Assembly: GCA_043822065.1 (NCBI GenBank)
Contig: JBDRCC010000021.1
Span: forward strand, 32,001-96,000
Direction: 5' to 3'
DNA length: 64,000 nt
Origin: an archaeon
GTDB taxonomy: Archaea; Undinarchaeota; CAZHTU01; JBDRCC01
Notes under the pieces: model-generated
What the model was told of the DNA's origin: nothing
Seen by the model: the letters and a program-made list of their open reading frames with translations, nothing else
Databases searched by the model: none
Translations under genes and position numbers: made by a program
Part shown: positions 1-8,258 of the stretch, piece after piece
How positions within the stretch are numbered: position 1 is the stretch's first letter
Layout: each line of letters starts with the position of its first letter

Positions 1-2
1 AC

Positions 3-578
3 ATCTTCGGGCAGAGGGGGACGTATGCCGCAATACTCGCAAGGACTACCCCAGGCGCCGACCCAAAAAAAATCGCCGAGGTCATCGACAGGCGGCTTGA
101 GCGGTACAGAGACGCGGAGGACTTTGATGTCTTCACCATGGACCAGCTGGCAGAGCAGATTGCCGACGTGATGAAAACGCTCACCACAGTCCTTACGGGA
201 ATCGCCGCGATTTCCCTCATCGTCGGCGGCATAGGGATAATGAACACAATGCTCATGAACGTCGTGGAGCGGACGAAGGAAATCGGGATAATGAAGGCGG
301 TCGGCGCGACCGAGCGCCAGATAATATCAATATTCCTGGCGGAGGCTGTCGTCATCTCGCTAATCGGCGGGACAATAGGCATTGTTTTCGGCCACGTCCT
401 CACCAGGGCGATAGCATTTGGCGTCAAGATGGCCGGCGCGACAATCCAGACCCCGCTCGGGCTCTACACTATAATCCTAGCCTACGTCTTTTCGGCAGCC
501 GTTGGCATAACGTCAGGCATCTATCCCGCAATAAAGGCAGCAAAACTCGACCCTGTGGAATCCCTCAGGTACGAGTGA
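3..578 (+). CDS. ABC transporter permease, FtsX/MacB family (5' end outside window)
   Basis: Frame is open from position 3. Motifs ISLIVGGIGIMNTMLMNVVERTKEIGIMKAVGA and C-terminal YPAIKAAKLDPVESLRYE. Confidence 0.93.
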   Translation: MFGQRGTYAAILARTTPGADPKKIAEVIDRRLERYRDAEDFDVFTMDQLAEQIADVMKTLTTVLTGIAAISLIVGGIGIMNTMLMNVVERTKEIGIMKAVGATERQIISIFLAEAVVISLIGGTIGIVFGHVLTRAIAFGVKMAGATIQTPLGLYTIILAYVFSAAVGITSGIYPAIKAAKLDPVESLRYE

Positions 579-761
579 CTATCTCTTCTTCGCTTCAAGA
601 ATCTGCTCGATGTGGTACATGCTCAGTATTATCACGAGCAGCCCGATGAACATGACGGCGTTCATGTCCTTCACGGCGTACGCGACAAACATAGCAGCCA
701 GCCCGAAATAGACCTCGAGCTTCTTTTCGTTCATCTTAATATTGAACCTTTTCTCAGGCAT
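579..761 (-). CDS. small membrane protein (2 TM)
   Basis: 60-aa ORF with two hydrophobic stretches. It abuts the upstream convergent stop, and a TATA-like sequence lies at ~785-790. Confidence 0.6.
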   Translation of the reverse strand: MPEKRFNIKMNEKKLEVYFGLAAMFVAYAVKDMNAVMFIGLLVIILSMYHIEQILEAKKR

Positions 762-807
762 GATATGTCTAAATACCGCCCTGTTTTAAACCTTCCTATC
801 GCAGCGC

Positions 808-829
808 AAGGGGGGACGCCTCCCCCCTT
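808..829. repeat. perfect intergenic inverted repeat AAGGGGGGA-cgcc-TCCCCCCTT
   Basis: 9-bp stem between divergent genes. Confidence 0.6.
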
Positions 830-898
830 ACCGCACTATTCCCCCTCTTACTCAAAGCCATCGCAAGTTTAATCTACTAGGTGCTATTAATTACGGGC

Positions 899-1285
899 AT
901 GGACAAGCCGTTCACGACAATGGACCCGTACAAGCGGGACGAAATCGTCGCCTACCTCAATTCTGACGAGAGCAGGATACGCATAATCAAGGCGCTCGAG
1001 CGCAGGGCCGAGCCGCTGACCACGGAGTACCTCAAGGAGCTCCTCTGGGAGAAGGACATCGGCGAGACAATAGCTCTTCTTACCGACATGGAAGCGAACG
1101 GCATAGTCAAGTGCATGTCAAGGAAGGACGGCAAGCCGTCTTCCTGGGACCTGACAATCGAGGGCAAGGAAGTCTTATACGCGCTCGGCACCCCGCATCG
1201 GGCGTCCCAGTGGCACCTTGGAAATATACTCGGCACCATGGTCTCAAGGCTCAAAAAAATAAAAGAGGAAAAGGCAAAACCCTAA
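899..1285 (+). CDS. winged-helix domain protein
   Basis: SDESRIRIIKAL...LTDMEANGIV...WDLTIEGKEVL matches a wHTH pattern. ATG at 899 is preferred over the GTG at 881. Confidence 0.65.
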   Translation: MDKPFTTMDPYKRDEIVAYLNSDESRIRIIKALERRAEPLTTEYLKELLWEKDIGETIALLTDMEANGIVKCMSRKDGKPSSWDLTIEGKEVLYALGTPHRASQWHLGNILGTMVSRLKKIKEEKAKP

Positions 1286-1569
1286 GAAAGCCCGAGCTTA
1301 TCCTTCCACGTCGCGCCCTTCTGCAGAACCGCCTTTGACATTGACCTTCCTGATTCGGAAAGCTCTTCCCTCAGCCTGTGGTTCTCTGAAAAAAGCTCCT
1401 TTATCCTCTTCGTGAGCTCGTCAATCTCGAGCTTGTACTTCTTGTTCTCCAGCTCGAGCTGCTTCACCTTGTCCATCTCGTCGTAGCTCGGGAGCTTCTT
1501 TGAGCTGCTGCTCTTCAGCGGGAGATCCCTGAAAATGCTCTTTTTTATGTCCTCTACGCTCTCTTCCAT
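1282..1569 (-). CDS. coiled-coil hypothetical protein
   Basis: Heptad-like KVKQLELENKKYKLEIDELTKRIKEL; 4-bp convergent stop overlap. Confidence 0.65.
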   Translation of the reverse strand: MEESVEDIKKSIFRDLPLKSSSSKKLPSYDEMDKVKQLELENKKYKLEIDELTKRIKELFSENHRLREELSESGRSMSKAVLQKGATWKDKLGLS

Positions 1570-1612
1570 AACTACGATATGTATCTTATATTAATAAACC
1601 TATATACTACTC

Positions 1613-1939
1613 ATGACGACCCTTCTCGCCGTAAGGGCGCCCTACCCGGAGCTGAAGCGGCACATCCACCACCTCTCGGATGTTGTCTACATGTACTTCA
1701 TAGACATCTCTGACATCTCCGGATGGAGGTTCTACGACTTCCACGGGCGCCTCCTGCGCGCCCACCAGCACCTGCGCTCCCTCCGCGACCTCCGGGGCGG
1801 GAAAATGCGGATTGAGTTTGGCACTGACTTCCAGGAAAAGCTCACCAGCGTCGCCCTTGAGGAGCGCGCCGACAAAATCGTCCTTCCCGTCGCGGAGGCG
1901 CCTGCCGGCGACCTTGGGGTGGAGGTGATATACCTTTGA
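1613..1939 (+). CDS. universal stress protein (USP)-like protein
   Basis: Pattern RIEFGTDFQEKLTSVALEERADKIVL resembles the USP core. It is coupled to the next gene by a TTGA overlap. Confidence 0.5.
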   Translation: MTTLLAVRAPYPELKRHIHHLSDVVYMYFIDISDISGWRFYDFHGRLLRAHQHLRSLRDLRGGKMRIEFGTDFQEKLTSVALEERADKIVLPVAEAPAGDLGVEVIYL

Positions 1940-3048
1940 GGGCGCTTGTCCCCCTCTTCCCGTGCTCGTCGCGCGCGGAAAAAGCCGCTGAAAAGGCAAA
2001 GAGCAACGCCGACGAGGTCGTCCTTGCCTACCTTCTCCCTGCAAAATACGCCAAGGTGTTTTCGTTCACCAAGTTCCTCTTCTACGGCTTGTGCGGCAAC
2101 TACGCGCTCAACTACCTTGAGGAGAAGATGCCCCCTGCGAAGGTGAAGAAGATAATGCTCTACGGCGACCAGAAGGCTGAAATCCTCCGCGCCTTCAAGC
2201 GGGAGAAGTGCGACGTGGTGATTGCGGAGGCATGGCAGCAGAAGGAGTACAACATACTCCGCGAGGTCTCCACGGAGGTTCCGACAATAACCATATTCCG
2301 CAGGGGGAGCTTCAGCTACGCCCAGGGCAGCGCAACTCCAGCGGTCTCCCGCGAGGTCAAGGGCTTTGGCAAGGAGCCCCTCGACGAGATTCTCTGGAGC
2401 CTCTACTCAAAAGACAACCTAACCGCAAAAAAGCCCCAGCCCGAGCCGCCAGTCATGCCTGACGACTGGGTCCGCGCGTTCAAGACGGGCGAGTTCCTCT
2501 CGATATTCTTCCGCACCGGCCTCATATTCGAAAAGGACATGCTCGACTCGCTTCTTGAGAGGGAGCCAGAGCAAGACACGTATGACCTGCTGAAGAAGCT
2601 TGCCCACAGGATGTACGTCCTCCTGAAGTTCAAGAGCCCGCCGGAGCCTAATCTCCTGGAGTGGTGGGCAGAGACGTCCGCATTACCAGACGACCACGGC
2701 GCCTGCGCATCATCCCTCCTTGAAAAGATGGAGCGGATCGGCCACCTTTCGAACCACGAACGCGTTTTTTTAGCGTCCTACCTCGGCTGCCTGCGCGGGG
2801 TCAACTCCAAGTCCATTCTCCGCCTGTTCGAGCATAATTTGATTGACCACGAGCCGAAGATAAGCGCGTTCAACACCTACCAGATACTCGGGCTCTTCAG
2901 CGGAAAGCCTTACGTCGTCTCTGACAACTATGCCCGCGCCCACGGGATTTGCAAAGGCTGCGAGCGCGAAGGGCAGCCCTGCCGCATACAAATGCTCTAC
3001 CTCAAGTGGCTTGAGAAGGAAAGAAGGCACGCCAGGGAAAAAGCCTAG
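1936..3048 (+). CDS. USP-like N-terminal domain fused to a primase large subunit (PriL) C-terminal Fe-S-like domain
   Basis: N-terminal MRALVP...LYGDQKAEILRAFKREKCDVVI is USP-like. C-terminal GAC...GHLSNHERVFLASYL...ILRLF...DHEPKISAFNTYQI...Y...GICKGC resembles PriL-CTD. Confidence 0.6.
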   Translation: MRALVPLFPCSSRAEKAAEKAKSNADEVVLAYLLPAKYAKVFSFTKFLFYGLCGNYALNYLEEKMPPAKVKKIMLYGDQKAEILRAFKREKCDVVIAEAWQQKEYNILREVSTEVPTITIFRRGSFSYAQGSATPAVSREVKGFGKEPLDEILWSLYSKDNLTAKKPQPEPPVMPDDWVRAFKTGEFLSIFFRTGLIFEKDMLDSLLEREPEQDTYDLLKKLAHRMYVLLKFKSPPEPNLLEWWAETSALPDDHGACASSLLEKMERIGHLSNHERVFLASYLGCLRGVNSKSILRLFEHNLIDHEPKISAFNTYQILGLFSGKPYVVSDNYARAHGICKGCEREGQPCRIQMLYLKWLEKERRHAREKA

Positions 3049-4118
3049 TTCTTGTATTTTATGTACGTCTGCAGCGTAGCCTGCGCAAGCCCGAGCCCGA
3101 GCGGCCCGAGGACTAAGCCCTTAACGCCCCAGATGAGCGGCCCGCCTATGAAGCCGAGCAGGACTATGAGCGGGTGTATGCTTCCGGACTTTCCCGCCAG
3201 CGTCGGCCTTATGTAAAAGTCAGGCAGGAGCATCAGGAATACCACATCGAACGCTAGTATTATGATTGAGTTAACCACCGCCACTGCCGCGGGCTGCGTG
3301 CTCAGCAGCCAGAAGACAATCGGCACAAAGATGATTGGCGTCCCTATCAGCGGAAGGAGCATGCAGACCCCCACTAGTATGCCAAGGAAAACCGCATATG
3401 CCGTTGTCATGAAAGGCACAATCCCAAAGGCGCCCATGACCATGAACCCGGCCGTCGCAATAAACATGCCTATCAGGGAGGTGACAACGTGCCCTATGAA
3501 GAGCCCGTGCGCAATCCTCTCAACGTGCTTCATCAGCTCCACGAGGAACTCCTGGTTCTTCGGGATCCTCCGGTTTATGCTGTCGACTATCCTTGGGCCG
3601 TCCCGTATGAAATAATACGTCGTTATCAGGTAGACCGGGACCTGGATGAAAACCCTGCTTGAGAACGAGGCTATCGTGCCAGTCACGCTTACCCCGAAGT
3701 TAAGGAGCATCTCCCTGACCCGCAGGCCTATTACCTCCGAGAAGACCTCGAGGCCCATGCCGTTCAGCGCACTCTGTATCTTTGCCGCAATCGCCGGCGA
3801 GTAGTAGATTAAATCAATGAGAAGCCCTGAGCCCCTTGACGTGGTCAAGAAGGAAATCGTCTGGAAGAAAAGCAGAACGAGCGGGATAATCAGGATGAGC
3901 ATTGAAAGGAATGCCGATAGGGCGTACGAGCCAAGTATCCTGTTGCCGGTCCTTTTCCCTAGCTCATTCACCTTCTTTGTCAGCGGGTAGACTATGTACG
4001 CGGTTACGGCGCCCATAATCACTACCCCGGCAAAGAAGTCCAGCACCTTCCAGCTCAGGAAGGCTACAAACAGGGTTGACGCCAATACGACAATGCTCCA
4101 AAAGGTCCGCTCTTGCAT
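3045..4118 (-). CDS. AI-2E family transporter
   Basis: YYFIRDG and DFYIRPTLAGKSGSIHPLIVLLGFIGGPLIWGVKGLVLGP motifs. Confidence 0.92.
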   Translation of the reverse strand: MQERTFWSIVVLASTLFVAFLSWKVLDFFAGVVIMGAVTAYIVYPLTKKVNELGKRTGNRILGSYALSAFLSMLILIIPLVLLFFQTISFLTTSRGSGLLIDLIYYSPAIAAKIQSALNGMGLEVFSEVIGLRVREMLLNFGVSVTGTIASFSSRVFIQVPVYLITTYYFIRDGPRIVDSINRRIPKNQEFLVELMKHVERIAHGLFIGHVVTSLIGMFIATAGFMVMGAFGIVPFMTTAYAVFLGILVGVCMLLPLIGTPIIFVPIVFWLLSTQPAAVAVVNSIIILAFDVVFLMLLPDFYIRPTLAGKSGSIHPLIVLLGFIGGPLIWGVKGLVLGPLGLGLAQATLQTYIKYKN

Positions 4119-4156
4119 AGCCCTTAAATATAACTGTGTGATATATAACTTTACCT

Positions 4157-4693
4157 ATGGACAGCCTTAACGACCTATTCAAACAGGCAAAAAGCATGGA
4201 CATACGGAACATCAGGAAGTACCTGCACCCGTACATCAAGGAGTTCATACGCCAGGAAAAGACCCGCCCGAAGAACGTCGGGCTCCTCATCGACGGCCCG
4301 AACATCGTGCGGAAGGAGTTCTCTGTCGACTTCGACGAGATACGCAAAAAGGCGCAGAAGTACGGCGACCTGAAGATCGCAAAGGCGTTCCTCAACCAGT
4401 ACGCCAAGGAGAAGCTCATAGAGGCAATCGCAAACCAGGGTTTCGAGCCCGTCATGTCCATTTCGGAGGACGTCGACGTCGACGTCGCTGTCGAGGCGGT
4501 CGAGCTGATACACAACCCGCTGATAGACATCATAATCATCGCCTCAAGGGACTCGGACTACCTCCCGGTTTTCCGCCTTGCCAAGGAGAAGAACAAGACG
4601 ATAATCGTCTTCGGCGCAGAGCCAGGCTTCAGTCAGGCGCTGAAAAACGCAGCCGACAAGTACGAAGTCCTGGGCAAAAGGAAATTTATATGA
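4157..4693 (+). CDS. NYN (PIN-like) domain protein, TIGR00288-type
   Basis: LLIDGPN, DVDV and SRDSDYLP acidic motifs. Confidence 0.9.
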   Translation: MDSLNDLFKQAKSMDIRNIRKYLHPYIKEFIRQEKTRPKNVGLLIDGPNIVRKEFSVDFDEIRKKAQKYGDLKIAKAFLNQYAKEKLIEAIANQGFEPVMSISEDVDVDVAVEAVELIHNPLIDIIIIASRDSDYLPVFRLAKEKNKTIIVFGAEPGFSQALKNAADKYEVLGKRKFI

Positions 4694-4711
4694 CCTCGCC
4701 ATATAACAATC

Positions 4712-5005
4712 ATGCATCCGAAACTAAACCCTTCAATAAAGTTTGAGCTCAAGGGGCAGAGCTTTGCCTACCGGGACACTGCAAGCGACGACCACTCTGC
4801 CAAGCCAATCGACCCCCTTGCATTTTTTATCTGCTCTTTGTGCAACGGGGAGAACAACGAGGACGACATCACCAGCCAGCTTAGGAAGACGCTGACCGAC
4901 AGCGGCATGCAGATACCTCCTGGCGTCGAGCTGAAGGCAAACGTCGAAAAAGTAATCAACACCCTGGCGACTGCCGGAATCGTAATGATTGACCTGAAGG
5001 TTTAA
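4712..5005 (+). CDS. PqqD/RRE-like protein
   Basis: IDPLAFFICSLCNGENNEDDITSQL...VEKVINTLATAGIV matches the PqqD helical pattern. Confidence 0.6.
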   Translation: MHPKLNPSIKFELKGQSFAYRDTASDDHSAKPIDPLAFFICSLCNGENNEDDITSQLRKTLTDSGMQIPPGVELKANVEKVINTLATAGIVMIDLKV

Positions 5006-5101
5006 GCCTTCAGCTGCCGGTACAGCTCAGTCCCGACCTTTCTTTAGAAAAGAAAGCTCGACCAAAGAAATTACTGCTTCAGCTGCCGGTACAGCTCTGT
5101 C
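5002..5101. mobile_element. 38-bp three-arm repeat element (5033-5070) flanked by 31-bp direct repeats
   Basis: 5002-5032 and 5071-5101 are 27/31 identical. Insert is CCGACCTTTCTTTAGAAAAGAAAGCTCGACCAAAGAAA. Confidence 0.75.
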
Positions 5102-5820
5102 TTGAACCCGCCCAGCAGCACCCTGAAATACGCATAAATTACCCCGAACAGGGCAAACCCTACAACCATATTCGGCAGGTAGGGGTACGTAATCCAGACG
5201 CTCCCAAAAGCAAGCTCGTATACCACAACGCTTGGCACAAGGGCTATCGCAGGAATAGCCGCCGCAAAAATAGCGAGAAGCATCAGGACGTTATAGGCCA
5301 TCCAGTCCCAGAATATCTTCGCCTTCTGCCCTTTGAACTGCATGTAAGAGTCTATGACTATGTCGGCGTAGTCCTTCTTTATCAGCGCGCCGTGCTGGTA
5401 GGAGAAGAATAGCGGCACCCCCACAAACAGCCACAGCATTCCACCATACGTCGGAATGAATGTTATGAATACAAAATACCCAACCGCCAGGCTCAGCGTC
5501 ACAGCCGTGAACGTCGGGTAATGCGCCCTGAACCCGTCCCAGCTCTTTCGGAGGCTTTCCGCCCTCCCGCCGAAATACTGGTTCGCATTCCTGATTATGA
5601 CTCCCTCCAGTGCGATGTATGCCAGCACTGCCGCAGCCCCGCATGCCATAAAAACCAGCCCGGCCGCCACCGACGCTTCCATAGACGCCACTGCCCTCGA
5701 AATGAACAGGAGCCCTCCAAGCGCGAAAAAAGAAAGCGTGAACAATACGGCGTACGGCGCCATCCTCTCCCGGCTGTGGGCGTATGTCACCGCCCGCCTT
5801 ATCGCAGTCCTGTACCTCAT
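5071..5820 (-). CDS. multi-pass membrane protein
   Basis: About six hydrophobic segments. ATG at 5820 (MRYRTAIRR) has a TATA-like sequence about 25 nt upstream. Confidence 0.7.
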   Translation of the reverse strand: MRYRTAIRRAVTYAHSRERMAPYAVLFTLSFFALGGLLFISRAVASMEASVAAGLVFMACGAAAVLAYIALEGVIIRNANQYFGGRAESLRKSWDGFRAHYPTFTAVTLSLAVGYFVFITFIPTYGGMLWLFVGVPLFFSYQHGALIKKDYADIVIDSYMQFKGQKAKIFWDWMAYNVLMLLAIFAAAIPAIALVPSVVVYELAFGSVWITYPYLPNMVVGFALFGVIYAYFRVLLGGFKTELYRQLKQ

Positions 5821-5858
5821 TATGCTAATTGAATCTAAAAACTCATATTTAAAGCCAG

Positions 5859-6404
5859 CTAAGCTAGCACCAGCATGACGTACGGCGCAAACGAGCGGAA
5901 CATCACGAAATTCCAGACGATGTGCGTCAGCACGAACTTGGCGCAGCCTGCCGGGCTGTGCCCGGTGAAAACGTACACCCCGCATATCACCACATCATAA
6001 ATTACAGTCACCAGGACCCCGAGCGCAAGGATGCCCCCCACATTCAGCATCCCTGCCAGGAACCCTGCGAGCAGGAACCCGAAAACGCCTATCAGCACGT
6101 CGTCAGGCCTCTCCCTTGTGAAAAACCATGACAGCGCCATCGCAGCAGCGCCAACAAGGCCGCCAAGCATCGCGCCCTCCGACACAGCGGTGCAGACTGT
6201 AAAAAGCATTATCATTTCTATCCCGATGTCCCCGCCTGCGAACCTCTGCGGGACCCTGCTCAGCGCCCCGATCGCTACCATCAGCAGCAGCGCCCCCCCG
6301 AACTTCAGCTGGGCGCCGAACGTGTAGAACAGAAAGGCGATGAGCAAGGCTGCCGTCCCGGCTACCGCCCCAATGACCACCAGCGGCCGTTCTAGTATCC
6401 CCAT
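5859..6404 (-). CDS. membrane protein, ECF transporter S-component-like
   Basis: 181 aa, highly hydrophobic; IGIEMIMLFTVCTAVSEGAMLGGLVG pattern. Confidence 0.55.
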   Translation of the reverse strand: MGILERPLVVIGAVAGTAALLIAFLFYTFGAQLKFGGALLLMVAIGALSRVPQRFAGGDIGIEMIMLFTVCTAVSEGAMLGGLVGAAAMALSWFFTRERPDDVLIGVFGFLLAGFLAGMLNVGGILALGVLVTVIYDVVICGVYVFTGHSPAGCAKFVLTHIVWNFVMFRSFAPYVMLVLA

Positions 6405-6539
6405 TTTAGCCTTTATATATTTCAGAACTCACCGGATTTATATGGTTGGCGAAAAAGGCGTATTCCAGGATGGGATTTGCAGGGCTGGCAATCCTGCCAG
6501 CGAAAGCCTGCGCCGCTCCGCCACCCCTTTTGGAACAAA

Positions 6540-8219
6540 ATGATAGGTCTAAACGAGGCAGCCTGCGACTCATGCGGAATCTGCGCAATGGCGTGCCAGC
6601 GGCACGGCATCCAGCTTGCCGGATTCCCAAACCTCTGCCGCCACTGCGAGGACCCGCCCTGCCTCGGCTGCGGCGCCATGCGGCTGGAGGGCGCTGTGGT
6701 TGTCATCGACCAGAGCATGTGCGGCGGCTGCGGCGAGTGCGCCAAGCGCTGCCCCTACGGCGCAATAACCCTAACCAAAGGAAAGGCGTGGAAGTGCGAC
6801 CTCTGCTACCCGGAGCTCAAGCCGAAGTGCATCCCAGCCTGCCCAGAGAACGCCCTGTACGTCATTTCCGCCGAAAGGGAAAGCCCGCTCGGCTGGGGCT
6901 TCCAGCCGCTCTCGGATTCCTTCATAAGAAAAACCCTCGAGCGCACTGACAAAGACGCAGTCTTCATTGACACAAAGGGCGACATCCGCTATTTCTACAC
7001 TGGCTTGTCCGAGCTGACCCAGCAGGAGGAGGGGGTATTCCGGGCGGTCTCTTCGCTTTTCAAGGAGCTCGCAAGGCGCGAGATGCTCTCGCCCCCGCTG
7101 TCAGGCGAAAACCCACTCGCCGCCAGAAAGGAAATCCGCACCAAGGTCTCCACCCTCCTCGCAGACCACCTCGTGCGGCACTCCAAGCCATTCCCTCCTG
7201 AAAGGAGCGAGAACCTAGCCGAGATAATCACTTCCTCCGTCGGAGGCAACCTCGGCCCGCTGGACTTCCTACTGTACAACGACAGGTTTGAGGAAGTGAC
7301 ATTAAACGGCATCGGCGAGAAGCTCTTCGCCAAGCACAAGGAATACGGAAGAATCGAGACGAATTTTTTCTTCAGGAGCGCGGAATACGCAAAGGAGAAC
7401 ATCGTCAACCGGATAGCCGACTTCGTCGGGGAGCCAAACCTTTCTGAAAAGAACCCAATCCTCCCGGCGACCCTCCCTAACGGCGACAGGCTCCACGCCC
7501 TGCTGTACCCCGTCGTCGGCTCCATAGCATTTACAATCCGCCACTTCCCGAAGAAAAACCTCACCCTCGAAGACCTGATAGCCTCCGGCACAATCTCCAA
7601 AGGCGCAGCCGAATACCTAAAAAAAATCATGGAGTCTGGCAAGACAGTCTTCTTCGTCGGCGCCACCGGCACAGGAAAGACAACCCTGCTCAACGCCCTC
7701 CTGAAATACGTCCCGCCGGACAGGCGCATCCTCTCCCTGGAAGAGGTCAGGGAGATACACCCCCCGCACAAGGACTTCCTCCACCACCAGGCAAGGAAGT
7801 CGCAGGGAATCGGCATGCAGCAGCTGATTGAGTCGAGCCTCAGGGAGACGCCGGACCGCGTCGTCATCGGCGAGGTCAGGACAGAGGCGGAAATCCGCGC
7901 CTTCCTCTCCCTAGCCCAGGCTGGCCCGGGCGAGGCTTCGTATGCCACGTTTCACGGCGAGACGCTCGAGACCGCAATCCGGAGGCTGAAACACTACGGC
8001 ATCTCCGAAGTCGACCTGCCTGGTGCCATACACCTTCTAGTCCTCCTCACGCGCAGGCATGAGTACGACAGGAAGCTGAACAAAAGCCGGACTGCCCGCT
8101 ACGTCGCGGAAATCGCAGAGCTCAAAGACGACGCGTCCCTCAACAAAATCTTTGTTTTCAAGGCCAGGGCAAAACGGCTCGAGAGGACCAAGAGCAAATC
8201 AATTCTGCTCGACCAGTAA
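6540..8219 (+). CDS. 4x[4Fe-4S] ferredoxin domain fused to a CpaF/VirB11 (type II/IV secretion) ATPase
   Basis: Cys motifs CDSCGICAMAC, CRHCEDPPCLGC, CGGCGECAKRCP and KCDLC..PKCIPACP. Walker A GATGTGKTT, Asp box LSLEEVREI, Walker B PDRVVIGEVR, His box ATFHG. Confidence 0.88.
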   Translation: MIGLNEAACDSCGICAMACQRHGIQLAGFPNLCRHCEDPPCLGCGAMRLEGAVVVIDQSMCGGCGECAKRCPYGAITLTKGKAWKCDLCYPELKPKCIPACPENALYVISAERESPLGWGFQPLSDSFIRKTLERTDKDAVFIDTKGDIRYFYTGLSELTQQEEGVFRAVSSLFKELARREMLSPPLSGENPLAARKEIRTKVSTLLADHLVRHSKPFPPERSENLAEIITSSVGGNLGPLDFLLYNDRFEEVTLNGIGEKLFAKHKEYGRIETNFFFRSAEYAKENIVNRIADFVGEPNLSEKNPILPATLPNGDRLHALLYPVVGSIAFTIRHFPKKNLTLEDLIASGTISKGAAEYLKKIMESGKTVFFVGATGTGKTTLLNALLKYVPPDRRILSLEEVREIHPPHKDFLHHQARKSQGIGMQQLIESSLRETPDRVVIGEVRTEAEIRAFLSLAQAGPGEASYATFHGETLETAIRRLKHYGISEVDLPGAIHLLVLLTRRHEYDRKLNKSRTARYVAEIAELKDDASLNKIFVFKARAKRLERTKSKSILLDQ

Positions 8220-8258
8220 CAATAAAAAATCACCCCCCCTATACTTCTTGGGGGTAAA

